64,000 bases of DNA, taken from Frondihabitans sucicola. GTDB lineage: Bacteria; Actinomycetota; Actinomycetes; Actinomycetales; Microbacteriaceae. Below, one piece after another: positions 50,032 to 60,073 of the stretch; position 1 is the first letter of the stretch; the number at the start of each line of letters is the position of its first letter. The stretch lies in contig NZ_AP027732.1 in the NCBI RefSeq assembly GCF_030296615.1, positions 2,545,042-2,609,041 of the forward strand, read 5' to 3'. The translations under genes and the position numbers were made by a program. The notes beneath the pieces were generated by a model. The model ran no database searches. It saw nothing but the letters and a program-made list of their open reading frames with translations, and was not told the DNA's origin.

Positions 50032-50117
50032 TGTCCGGGTGGCGGAAATGGCAGACGCGCTAGCTTGAGGTGCTAGTGCCCTAACGGGCGTGGGGGTTCA
50101 AGTCCCCTTCGGACACA
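50032..50117 (+). tRNA. tRNA-Leu (anticodon GAG), type II with long variable arm
   Basis: anticodon stem CTAGC/GCTAG with loop TTGAGGT; T-arm GGGGG-TTCAAGT-CCCCT; variable-arm hairpin GCCC-TAAC-GGGC; acceptor pairing TGTCCGG/TCGGACA slightly unusual (exact ends +/-2 nt). Confidence 0.7.
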
Positions 50118-50132
50118 GAAAATGGGTTGTTC

Positions 50133-50180
50133 ATGCCCCGTCTCCCTTCGAGAGGCGGGGCATCCCCTTTTCTTCGCGTC
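50133..50180 (+). terminator. rho-independent terminator after the tRNA (ATGCCCCG...CGGGGCAT + CCCCTTTT)
   Basis: 8-bp perfect stem, T-tract. Confidence 0.6.
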
Positions 50181-50352
50181 GTTGGGCCACCTCCGGCGGC
50201 ATGCGGCCGAGGGCGGCGGCGGTGGGTGGGCCCGCCAGGCCCGGGAGTGCGGGGTGGCGCGAGCTCGCTGCGCTCGCCGCGAGGGCGCGCCGTGGCGCAG
50301 GGCTGTTCAGGGCACGGGGACAGCGGGAGCGAGGGGTCGTAGTGTCAGAAGC

Positions 50353-51330
50353 ATGGACTATGTGCGACTCGGAAACAGCGGCCTCGAGATCTCGGCGATC
50401 ACCCTCGGCATGATGAGCTACGGCGACGCGTCTCGCGGCGGTCACCAGTGGAGCCTCCCGGAGGAGGAGGCGCGCCCGTTCATCAAGAAGGCGCTCGAGC
50501 AGGGCATCACGACCTTCGACACGGCGAACGTGTACAGCATGGGCTCGAGCGAGGAGATCACCGGGCGGGCGCTCGGCGACTTCGCGAAGCGCGACGAGGT
50601 CGTCATCGCGACGAAGTTGAACGGCCGGATGCGGCCGGGGCCCAACGGGGCCGGGCTGTCGCGCCTCGCGGTGATGACCGAGGTCGACAACAGTCTGCGT
50701 CGCCTCGGCACCGACTACATCGACCTCTACCAGATCCACCGCTTCGACCTGCTCACCCCGGTCGAGGAGACGATGGAGGCGCTGCACGACGTCGTGAAAT
50801 CGGGCAAGGTCCGGTACATCGGGGCCTCGTCGATGTGGGCGTGGCAGTTCGCGAAGATGCAGTACACCGCCGACCTCGGCGGCTGGACCCGCTTCGTGTC
50901 GATGCAGGACCAGTACAGCCTCATCCAGCGGGAGGAGGAGCGCGAGATGCTGCCGTTCTGCCTCGACCAGGGCGTCGGCGTCCTGCCCTGGAGCCCCCTC
51001 GCCCGAGGCAAGCTGACTCGGGACTGGGACGAGAAGACGACGCGCAGCGAGAGCGACGCGTTCGGCAAGACGCTCTACAAGCAGCAGGAGGACGGTGACC
51101 GTCGGATCACCGAGGCCGTCAAGACCGTGGCCGAGGCCCGCGGCGTCTCGCGCGCCCAGATCGCCCTGGCCTGGGTGCGCCAGCAGGAGGCCGTGTCCTC
51201 GCCCATCGTCGGCGCGACCAAGCCGCACCACCTCGACGACGCCGTCGCCAGCGTCGACATCACCCTGACGCCCGAAGAGCTCGACACCCTCGAGTCGCCG
51301 TACGTGTCGCGCACGCCGGAGGGCTTCTGA
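50353..51330 (+). CDS. aldo/keto reductase
   Basis: MDYVRLGNSGLEISAITLGMMSYG...TFDTANVY...IGASSM full AKR fold. Confidence 0.85.
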   Translation: MDYVRLGNSGLEISAITLGMMSYGDASRGGHQWSLPEEEARPFIKKALEQGITTFDTANVYSMGSSEEITGRALGDFAKRDEVVIATKLNGRMRPGPNGAGLSRLAVMTEVDNSLRRLGTDYIDLYQIHRFDLLTPVEETMEALHDVVKSGKVRYIGASSMWAWQFAKMQYTADLGGWTRFVSMQDQYSLIQREEEREMLPFCLDQGVGVLPWSPLARGKLTRDWDEKTTRSESDAFGKTLYKQQEDGDRRITEAVKTVAEARGVSRAQIALAWVRQQEAVSSPIVGATKPHHLDDAVASVDITLTPEELDTLESPYVSRTPEGF

Positions 51331-51420
51331 GGAGCGGGTACCCGAACCGGTCGACCGGGTGCATAGTGGAGCCACCACGGTGGGCGACGGTGCCCGCCGG
51401 ACGACGAACGGGAGCCGATC

Positions 51421-51702
51421 GTGAGCGACGAGAAAGCGTCGGACGACAGTCAGACCGAACACAACCAGGCGCAGGCTGCCCAGACCGGCCAGAAGCAGAC
51501 CGACGCCGCAGCGGACACTCCGCTCAACGGCGGTGAGCACACGGAGTCGGGCAGCTACACGAACACCAACGAGCAGGGCGTCGACTACGACGGGGCATTC
51601 ACCGACAGCGACATCCCCGAGGAGGGCGTCAAGCCGGGCGAGACCGAGGTCGACAAGGCCGGTTTCGAGGGCGGCTACACCGAGAGCGATCGGCCCGCCT
51701 GA
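51421..51702 (+). CDS. small acidic hypothetical protein (93 aa)
   Basis: GGGAG RBS then GTG; low-complexity acidic sequence; coding status uncertain. Confidence 0.35.
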   Translation: MSDEKASDDSQTEHNQAQAAQTGQKQTDAAADTPLNGGEHTESGSYTNTNEQGVDYDGAFTDSDIPEEGVKPGETEVDKAGFEGGYTESDRPA

Positions 51703-51812
51703 CCCGCCCCGGCCATCGGCCCGGCGATCTGGACAACACCTGTCTTACATCCGTCCGGGCCGTTCGGCGCGCGTGGAGCAAAGAGGCCCGAGTCCGGAGT
51801 AGCGTCTCAGTC

Positions 51813-53137
51813 ATGACAACACGAATCGTTATTCTGGGTGGTGGTTCGGCGGGTCTCCACACCGCGCTCGCTCTGCAGAAGAAACGCCCGCCGCAGAGCG
51901 CGAGCATCACGGTGATCGACCCGAGCCCATACATGACCTATCAGCCCTTCCTCCCGGAGGTGGTCGGAGGTCACATCGACCCGAAAGACGTCACCGTCCC
52001 GCTCCGCAAGACGCTGCGCCGGTCGAAGTTCATCCAGGGAGCGATGACGGGCATCGACACGAACGCGAAGAAGGTCAGCGTCGCCCATGTCGACGGCAAG
52101 ACCTCGGAGGTCGCCTACGACCACCTCGTCGTAGCGCTCGGTGCCGTCACCCGCACCTTCCCCACCCCGGCCTCGCCGAGAACGCGGTCGGATTCAAGAG
52201 CGTCGAAGAAGCCACGTACGTGCGCAACCGGGTCCTCGGCAACATCGAGAAGGCCGCGTCGACCAGCGATCCGGCCGAGCGGGCCAAGCTCCTCACGATC
52301 CTGTTCGTCGGTGGCGGCTACACCGGCGTCGAGGCCCTCGGCGAACTGAACGACGCCGCCAATGCGGCCGTCGACCAGTATCCGGTCCTGTCCCGTCACG
52401 AGCTCCGTTTCGTCCTCGTCGAGGCGCTCGACCGTGTCGCGCCCGAGGTCGGCCCGGAGCTGTCCAAATGGACCCTCGGCGCCCTGCGCGCACGCGGAAT
52501 CGACATCCGTCTGAAGACGACGATGCCGTCCTGTGAGAACGGCGACTGCGTCCTCAGCGACGGCGAGACCATCCCGGCCGGCACCATCGTCTGGACCGCC
52601 GGCGTCAAGCCGAACCCCGCGCTCGACGCGACCGACCTCCCGCGCGGGCCGAAGGGTCACGTGAACGCCAACGCCAAGCTCGAGGTCGTGACCGACGCCG
52701 GCAAGCGCGTCGACGGCGTGTGGGCCCTCGGCGACAACGCCCAGGTCCCCGACCTCACCGCGGCCAAGCAGCCTGCCTACTACCCGCCGAACGCCCAGAA
52801 CGCCGTGCGCCAGGCCGTGACGGTCGCCGACAACATCCTGGCCTCCATGGCGGGCGAGCCCCTGGCGGAGTACCGCCACGAGTCGGTCGGCACCGTCGCC
52901 AGCTACGGCATCGGCAAGGGCGCCGCCCTGATCCAGGGGATCCACCTGAAGAACCTGCTCGCCTGGCTGGCACACCGCGGCTACCACCTGCTCGCGATGC
53001 CGACCTACACGCGCAAGTGGCGCATCCTGACCGGATGGGTCACCAACTTCGTGTCCGGCCGCGACGAGACCACCCTCGAGAACATGAGCGACCCGCGCGC
53101 CTCGTTCGTGGCCCTCGCCGGAGGCGTCAAGAAGTAG
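51813..53137 (+). CDS. ndh: type II NADH:quinone oxidoreductase (apparent single-base frameshift ~52168 in a CCCC run)
   Basis: MTTRIVILGGGSAGLHTALAL... ; second frame ILFVGGGYTGVEALGEL...WALGDNA. Confidence 0.8.
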
Positions 53138-53155
53138 TCGCACGACGCGTCGACA

Positions 53156-53198
53156 GGCCCCCGTCGCTGCGGTGACGGGGGCCTTTCGCTGTCTTTCC
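53156..53198 (+). terminator. rho-independent terminator of ndh (GGCCCCCGTC-loop-GACGGGGGCC + T-rich)
   Basis: 10-bp perfect stem. Confidence 0.6.
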
Positions 53199-53949
53199 GG
53201 CGGGTTGCCGACGGGTGAACGGCGGGTCGACGCGACATTCGCCCGAGATCACCCGCCTCACCCGTTCGAACCGATCGGGGTACAACGCGTGCGGTCATTC
53301 GGGGGGACGCCGGCGAGCCGCTCTCGCCGCGAAGGCCTGCCTCGGGTTCGCCGCGACGACCCGTGATCCTGCCCCCGTTCGGGGGCGATCCGCACGGGGC
53401 CGGGCGTCACGCGGTTGCGTTCCGTCAATCCGACGGGTGCTTCGGAAGCCCCTCGGCGACGGACGTCGCCCACCCGGTCGGCGCGGCTCGGTCACTCACC
53501 CGTTCCGGCACTCACTCACCCGCTGCGCCGCCACCGGCCGGGGGTGTCGAGTCCCCCGAAATGGGGTCATGACCGAGACGTGTCGAATGGCATAGCTTCA
53601 CTGCATACGCACTAGACAGTGCGGTAGCGATCACACCCGAATCAACGGTCGCAGCACCACCCGAATCACAGGTCACACCCGAAACCTTCCCGAACGTCGA
53701 CTCCGCCTCCGAGCCCGAGACCAGCCGTACCCGACGGCCCCTCACAGGATCAGAAAACGCAGTCGTCACCCGAGCGTCCGCCCGAAACCCGAAATTCCGG
53801 ACGACGCTCGAAACCCCGGCATCGAGTCGTACCCGAATCACGACTCGGTGCAGAAGCACCGCCTACCCGAACCCGAGATCCATGCTTACCCTGCTCCTTT
53901 CCCGTACGCCTTTGCGTACCCACGGCCGCCCCGAATCGGTCGTGGAATC

Positions 53950-55508
53950 ATGACCGGCCTGAGTCGCGACGTCGGTGAGAACCGGCGCGTCGCCTGGCCG
54001 CAGTCAGCGCGCCCGACGGCCGCGGGATGGACGGACCTCGGCGAACGGGTGGGCGGTGCCGAAACGGGCGCCGGCTGGGCCATTCGCTACCGTCGTCGCC
54101 TCCTCGCCTCCGACGCGGCCATCATCGCCGTCTCCGTGGTCGTGGCAGCCTTCGTGGAGGCCGTCCGCGACGGTCTCGACAAGACCGCCGCCGGCATCGC
54201 GGGGGCTCACCCGCAGCCGCTCCTCGAGACCCTCGGCTACCCGATCGGCATCGGGCTCCTCTGGGCCCTCTGCCTGGCATTCCAGCGCACGAGAGACCTG
54301 TCCGTCGTGGGTACCGGTGCCGCCGAGTACAAGCGCGTCCTCAACGCCACCATCCTCACGTTCACGCTCATCGCGCTGATCATCTCGATCACCGGGCACG
54401 AGAGCATGCGCGCCTACTTCTTCGTCGCGCTCCCCGGCGGTGCCCTGGGCCTCATCGGCTCCCGCTACGCGCTCCGGCGCTGGCTGCTCCGTCAGCGCCG
54501 CCTGGGCAACTTCCTGTCGCGCGCCATCGTCGTCGGCTCTCGCGCCGACGTCCGCTACGTCATCGACCGCATCGACGAGAAGCCCGGCGCCCTCTACGAC
54601 GTCGTCGGTGCCGTGGTGGACGACGACGACCCGTCCGGCATCTCGATCGGCGCTCGCCTGGTCCCCATCGTGGCCGGTCTCGACGACGTCTCCCGCGCCG
54701 TCTGGAAGATGAACGTCGAGAGCGTCATCGTCGCCGGTGACCCCCGGCACGGCACCGACTACGTCCGCGACCTGGGTTGGAGCCTCGAGGGCCGGGCCAC
54801 CGAACTCGTGATCGCCTCCCGACTGGCGAACATCGCCGGACCCCGCATCCACTTCCGTCCCGTGGAGGGCCTGCCGCTCATGCACGTCGAGCTGCCGCAG
54901 TTCGACGGGCCCAAGCACGTCATGAAGCGCGCCACCGACGTCGCCCTGTCGGGTCTCGGGATCCTGCTGCTGCTGCCCCTGATGGCGGTCATCGCCCTGA
55001 TCATCCGCTCGGAGGGCGACGGCCCCGTGCTGTTCCGTCAGGAGCGTGTGGGCCGCGACGGCCAGCGCTTCACGATGCTGAAGTTCCGCACGATGGTCGT
55101 CGACGCCGAAGCGCGACTCGCCGAGCTCGAGGCGCACTCCGAGGGGGCCGGCCTCCTTTTCAAGATGAAGCAGGATCCCCGCGTCACCCGCATCGGTCGT
55201 GTGCTGCGGAAGTACTCGCTCGACGAGATCCCCCAGCTGTTCAACATCTTCGGCGGGACGATGAGCATCGTCGGGCCGCGCCCGCCGCTCCCCGCGAGGT
55301 CGACGGCTACGCCGACCACGTCCACCGCCGCCTGTACATCAAGCCGGGGCTGACCGGCATGTGGCAGGTGAACGGGCGCAGCGATCTCAGCTGGGAGGAG
55401 AGCGTCCGGCTCGACCTCTACTACGTCGAGAACTGGTCGATGACCGTCGACTTCGTCCTCATGTGGCGGACGGTCAAAGTGATTCTGCGGCCGGAGGGGG
55501 CCTACTGA
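53950..55508 (+). CDS. polyprenyl glycosylphosphotransferase (exopolysaccharide/cell-wall sugar transferase, WcaJ/CpsE-like); apparent single-base frameshift ~55292
   Basis: N-terminal TM helices; C-terminal bacterial sugar transferase domain ...DGPVLFRQERVGRDGQRFTMLKFRTM...EIPQLFNIFGGTMSIVGPRP then +1 frame LPREVDGYADHVHRRLYIKPGLTGMWQVNGRS. Confidence 0.75.
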
Positions 55509-56707
55509 TGCCGGAGACAGCATTCCATCAGGACTCGTTCGCACCCGGGCTCCGTCGCGGAGGGCGACGGGGTCGGGTGCTCGTCATCCATTCCTCCGAC
55601 GAGATGTACGGATCGGACCGCATCGTGCTCGAGGTGGTGGCCGAACTCGTCGCCTCCGACGGGCTCGACGTCACCGTGTGGCTGCCGAGCGACGTGGCAC
55701 CCGGGCAGCTCGGCCCGCTGCTGCGCGATCTCGGGGCTCGGGTCGAGCGGCACCCGCTGCCGATCCTGCGTCGGTTGAAGCTCACCCCTGGCGGTTTCCT
55801 CCGCCTCGGTCGTGACGCCGCGAAGACTTTGGCGCGCCTGCGCGGCAAGCACTTCGACCTCGTCTATCTGGCCACCAGCGCCTGCCTGCCCGTCGCTCCC
55901 CTCGCCAGAATGGCCGGGATCCGACGGGTGGTCGGGCACCTCCAAGAACCATGGGGAAGGAAGGACCGGGTAGGTCTTCGTCCCCTGGCACGCGCGTGCA
56001 CTGCCCTCGTGGCGGTCTCGCGCTCGGTCCTCGGCGCGTCGGGTCTCGCCGAGGACCCGCGGGCGGTGGTGGTTCACAACGGTGTTCCCCACCGCTCGCG
56101 TGATCTTCCCGAGGCCGCGCCCGAGCACGGTCGGCCCCACTACGTCGTGGCGAGCCGCTGGAACCCCCACAAGGGCCACGGAACGCTGCTCGAGGCGTGG
56201 GACAGGGCAGGATGCCCCGGCGAGCTCGTGATCCTCGGCGCCGCGCCCGCCGCGGGCCTCGGTGTCGACGTGCCGGCTCTCGTCGCACGGCACGTCTCGA
56301 AACCCGAGACGGTCTTCGTCGTCGGTGAAGTCGAGGACTCCACTCCGTATCTGCAGGCGGCGGACGCCGTCGTCCTGCCGACGGACACCCTGGAGGGCTT
56401 CGGCCTCGTCACCGTCGAGGCCTTCAGCGAAGGCCGCCCGGTCATCGCGAGCCGTTCCGGCGGCCCGGAAGAGGTCATCGCCGACGGCGAGACGGGCTGG
56501 CTGTTCGACTGCCGTGACGTCGACGCGCTCGCGTCGCTGTTCCGGTCGCTCGACGTACCCACCCTGGCCGCGGCCGGCAGGCGGGCCGAGAAGGTCTACC
56601 AGGACGAATTCACCCCGGAGAGGATGCGCCGCCGGATCGGCGCCGTCGTCGACCAGGAACTCCAGCGCACCCGGCGCGGCACAGCAGGATTGGCGGTGGC
56701 CTCGTGA
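55508..56707 (+). CDS. GT1/GT4 family glycosyltransferase
   Basis: ATGA overlap with the upstream gene; ...EGFGLVTVEAFSEGRPVIASRSGGPEEVIADGETGWL (E-x7-E). Confidence 0.8.
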   Translation: MPETAFHQDSFAPGLRRGGRRGRVLVIHSSDEMYGSDRIVLEVVAELVASDGLDVTVWLPSDVAPGQLGPLLRDLGARVERHPLPILRRLKLTPGGFLRLGRDAAKTLARLRGKHFDLVYLATSACLPVAPLARMAGIRRVVGHLQEPWGRKDRVGLRPLARACTALVAVSRSVLGASGLAEDPRAVVVHNGVPHRSRDLPEAAPEHGRPHYVVASRWNPHKGHGTLLEAWDRAGCPGELVILGAAPAAGLGVDVPALVARHVSKPETVFVVGEVEDSTPYLQAADAVVLPTDTLEGFGLVTVEAFSEGRPVIASRSGGPEEVIADGETGWLFDCRDVDALASLFRSLDVPTLAAAGRRAEKVYQDEFTPERMRRRIGAVVDQELQRTRRGTAGLAVAS

Positions 56708-57489
56708 ACGGCTCCTCAGGTGGCGAGACCTACGCGCAGTCGCTGGCGCGGCTGTCGACCGCGCAGAAAGGTTCGAGCGGCGCCCCGGCGTACTCGCGCT
56801 TCATCAACCGCCGGCTCGGTCGTTACTTCGCCGCAGCGGCCTACCAGCTCGGCATGACGCCGAACCAGGTGACGGCCGTCAGCGCCCTGTTCACGTTCGC
56901 GGGGATCGCGGTCATCGCGTTCGTGCCGACGTCGATCTGGTCGGCCGTCGCGGTGGTGCTGCTGCTCGTGATCGGCTACGCCCTCGACTCGGCCGACGGC
57001 CAGTTGGCACGCCTTCGCGGCGGCGGAAGCTCCGCCGGCGAATGGCTCGACCACGTGATCGACGCCACCAAGATCGGCGTCCTGCACCTCTCCGTCTACT
57101 ACAACTGGCTGCGGGAGCCCGACGGGCGGCACGCCGTGCTCGGCATCCCGTTGGCCTACGAGGTCGTGGCGGCGATCGCGTTCTTCGCCATCGTGCTCAC
57201 CGACCAGCTCCGCCGCGCCCAGCACGTCCGCACCGGGATCCCCACCCGAGGCAGCCGCCGGACCAGCGCCCTGTACTCGCTGGCGGTCGTCCCCACCGAC
57301 TACGGGCTGATGTGCCTCGCGTTCATCCTGCTCGCCTGGCCGGTCGGCTTCACCGTCATCTACATCGCGTTCTTCGCGGCCAACACGCTCTACCTCCTCC
57401 TCGCGCTACCGAAGTGGTTCCGCGAGCTCAAGGGACTCGGCGAGCTCCCGGACGCGGTCGCCCAGGTCTCGTCCGAGGTGGCTCCGTGA
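56704..57489 (+). CDS. CDP-alcohol phosphatidyltransferase family protein
   Basis: GTGA overlap; DSADGQLAR...DHVIDATK motif. Confidence 0.75.
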   Translation: MNGSSGGETYAQSLARLSTAQKGSSGAPAYSRFINRRLGRYFAAAAYQLGMTPNQVTAVSALFTFAGIAVIAFVPTSIWSAVAVVLLLVIGYALDSADGQLARLRGGGSSAGEWLDHVIDATKIGVLHLSVYYNWLREPDGRHAVLGIPLAYEVVAAIAFFAIVLTDQLRRAQHVRTGIPTRGSRRTSALYSLAVVPTDYGLMCLAFILLAWPVGFTVIYIAFFAANTLYLLLALPKWFRELKGLGELPDAVAQVSSEVAP

Positions 57490-58613
57490 CGGCTCCCGGT
57501 CGCGACCGCACCGGCTTCTTCGACCTCGTCACGCAGTTGCGCAGCCGGTGGGCCGTGGTGGTCGGGGGCGGTCTTCTCGGCCTGGTCGTCGGCGTCGCGA
57601 CCTCGCAGGCCGGAGGAGGACTCTCGGACGGGGCGTCCACGCCGTCGGTGTCCCTGCTGATCCTGCTCGTCGCCGTTCTCAGCGGAGTCGTCGTCGGATT
57701 CCTGGCCGGTCTCGCGCTGGTCCACCTGCAGCCCCGCGTCACGACGGCCGACGACGTCCGCCGTGTCACGGGGCTCCCCGTCGTCGCGCAGTTGCCGTCC
57801 TCGGCGGTCGATGCCGACGATCTGGAGGATCGGGTCACCTCCAGGCGGATGCGGACGTCTCTGCGCGAAGCGGTGATGAACACGCGGTCGCTCGCCGGTG
57901 GCGTGCTCCCCACCCGTCTGGTCGTGGCGCGAACCGACAGCGCCGCGGAATCGACCGGCGTCGACGGCGGCCTCGCGCGCGCCCTCGTGGAGAGCGGTTT
58001 CGTGCCGGCCCTCGTGCAGACGGACTTCGAGTCGCGGATGCTCGTGCGGCCGTCCACCGTCGACTTCCCGGGCGGCGCGACCTTCTCCGACGGTCTCGCG
58101 GGCGACGACGGCCTGTCGCGGCCCGACGGAGCCGGCTACCAGCGGATCTCCGTGCCCGACCGGGTTGCCTCGTCGCGACCTCGCACGCGACTGTCCGAGG
58201 TGGAGAACCTCCTCGGGGTGCTGGGCGATCGATACGACGTGTCCGTCGCGCAGGCGGCCAGCAACTCGTTCCCGGTACCGCTTCGCGGTCTGGCGCCCGC
58301 CGCCGACGCCGTTCTTCTGGTCGTGCGCTCCAACCGCACCACGGTGGAATCGCTCCTGTCGCTGTACGGAGAGCTCCTCAGCATCGGGGTGGAGCCGCTC
58401 GGCGTCGTGATGACGAGCGTGGCTCCGCGCCATCGCGTGCTCCTGCGCCGCACCTGGGTGCCGTCCGACTTCCGGCAAGCCCCCACCGCAGCTGTGGTCG
58501 CCTCCCCCGTTTCCTCTGCGACACCGTCGTCGGCACGGTCGGGTTTCTCGATCGCCGACCTCGCCGGCTCCGTCAGCACCCCTTCGGCCGCACCTCGAAA
58601 GGATCAGCAATGA
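57486..58613 (+). CDS. polysaccharide chain-length determinant / BY-kinase-like (Wzz-type) protein, degenerate
   Basis: GTGA overlap; N-terminal TM + periplasmic region + C-terminal ...LSIGVEPLGVVMTSV resembling CpsD-like ATPase without an obvious Walker A. Confidence 0.45.
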   Translation: MTAPGRDRTGFFDLVTQLRSRWAVVVGGGLLGLVVGVATSQAGGGLSDGASTPSVSLLILLVAVLSGVVVGFLAGLALVHLQPRVTTADDVRRVTGLPVVAQLPSSAVDADDLEDRVTSRRMRTSLREAVMNTRSLAGGVLPTRLVVARTDSAAESTGVDGGLARALVESGFVPALVQTDFESRMLVRPSTVDFPGGATFSDGLAGDDGLSRPDGAGYQRISVPDRVASSRPRTRLSEVENLLGVLGDRYDVSVAQAASNSFPVPLRGLAPAADAVLLVVRSNRTTVESLLSLYGELLSIGVEPLGVVMTSVAPRHRVLLRRTWVPSDFRQAPTAAVVASPVSSATPSSARSGFSIADLAGSVSTPSAAPRKDQQ

Positions 58614-59080
58614 CCACCGAACGCCGTGTCGGCTACGCAGCCGGCGCCTACGACCTCTTCCACATCGGTCACCTGAACCTGCTTCGCCACGCGAAGTCGC
58701 AGTGCGACTACCTCATCGCGGGAGTCGTGGCCGATGAGATGCTCGAACTCAACAAGAAGATCTCTCCGATGGTGCCGCTCGCGGAGCGTCTCGAGATCGT
58801 GTCCCACATCGACTTCGTCGACCGCGCGTACGCGGAGACCGTGCCCGACAAGATGGACGTGTGGCGCGAACTCCGGTTCGACGTCTTCTTCAAGGGCGAC
58901 GACTGGCGCGGCACCGAGAAGGGCCTCCGACTCGAGCGCGAGTTCGCCGAGGTCGGGGTCGAGGTCGTCTACTTCCCCTACACGATGTCGACCTCGAGTA
59001 CCGTTCTGCGGCGTGCCGTGGCTGCGCTCGACGCGTACGACAGCGACGCGGCCCGCCTCTCCTCCACAGGCGGCGAATAA
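58610..59080 (+). CDS. tagD: glycerol-3-phosphate cytidylyltransferase (TagD-like)
   Basis: VGYAAGAYDLFHIGHLNLLRHAK (HxGH cytidylyltransferase motif); ATGA overlap. Confidence 0.8.
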   Translation: MTTERRVGYAAGAYDLFHIGHLNLLRHAKSQCDYLIAGVVADEMLELNKKISPMVPLAERLEIVSHIDFVDRAYAETVPDKMDVWRELRFDVFFKGDDWRGTEKGLRLEREFAEVGVEVVYFPYTMSTSSTVLRRAVAALDAYDSDAARLSSTGGE

Positions 59081-59148
59081 GAGCGCAGGATCACGCGGAC
59101 TGTGGAGAGCATCGGCGCGCCCCGGCGTCCTGCCGCACGATCGTCGCA

Positions 59149-59670
59149 TGACTCTTGTAACCGATCGTGAATCCGCCCAGCCGACCCCCGACGCCTCGGC
59201 GTCCTGCGTCCAGAGCTCTCTGCTGTCTCCTGCGAGCCTCGGGCTCGCCGACGACTCCGTCCCCGCCTACGACCCGCACACCCGGCTGACGGCCCGCGCC
59301 GACCTCGACCGCCGCATCGTGGGCCTGCTCCCCCGCGCCATCGTCCGGCAGCTCTGGCTGCTCCTGTTCGACGCCGACGACATCCAGATGCCCGCCATGA
59401 TCCCCATCGGCGATCTCCCCTGCGGCACGGCGAGGCCGACGGCGAGGGGCTCTCCGAGCTCCTCGGCGCCCTCGACCGCGAATTCGGCGTCGCGAGCTAC
59501 GTCTTCGTCCTCGAGCGCCCGGGCCCAGCCGACCCGACCTCCGACGACCTCCACTGGCTCACCCATCTTCTGGGCGTCGCCGATGGGCGGCCGTTCAGCG
59601 TCCGCGCCGTCTACCTGTGCCACGACTCGGGGGTCTCGGCCTTCGAGCGGGCGGAGGCGCCCGCGGGGTG
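59149..59670 (+). CDS. hypothetical protein (apparent single-base frameshift ~59418 in a CCCC run)
   Basis: two frames join to ...MIPIGDLP/LRHGEADGEGLSELLGALDREFGVASYVFVLERP... Confidence 0.4.
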
Positions 59671-60073
59671 AAGGGCGGGGGTGCCGTGTGAGCTCGTGGT
59701 CAGGTGGAGGATGCGCGCGGTGCGGAGTGCCCGACGATCAGGCGTCGGGGGTGGTGTCGCGGTGGCGCCACCAGGCGGTCTCCGCGTGGTGGGCTGAGGT
59801 GTACACCCCGAGGTTCCGCCGTTCCGACTCGATCAGCGACCAGCTGGTCAGCTTGAAGCCGCGCGCGAAGGCCTCGACGAGCGCCTCGGGAGGTGAGTCG
59901 TCGCTGGCGCGCACCAGCCAGGTCAGAGGTCCGGTCTCGTCGAGCATCCTGCCACTGTAAGACCCCGGCGGGCGCTCCCGGTGCCGGCGTCTTGCGGCGG
60001 CGTCTCGCGGCGGCGTCTTGCGGCGTCCTACGGCGGGCTCTTGGGGCGGAGGACGGCCTGCGACCCGACGTGC

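Noticed and set aside
59738-59947. 69-aa minus-strand ORF downstream of the hypothetical gene
   Set aside because: No motif, no RBS evident, overlaps the 3' UTR region of neighbouring genes; insufficient support.
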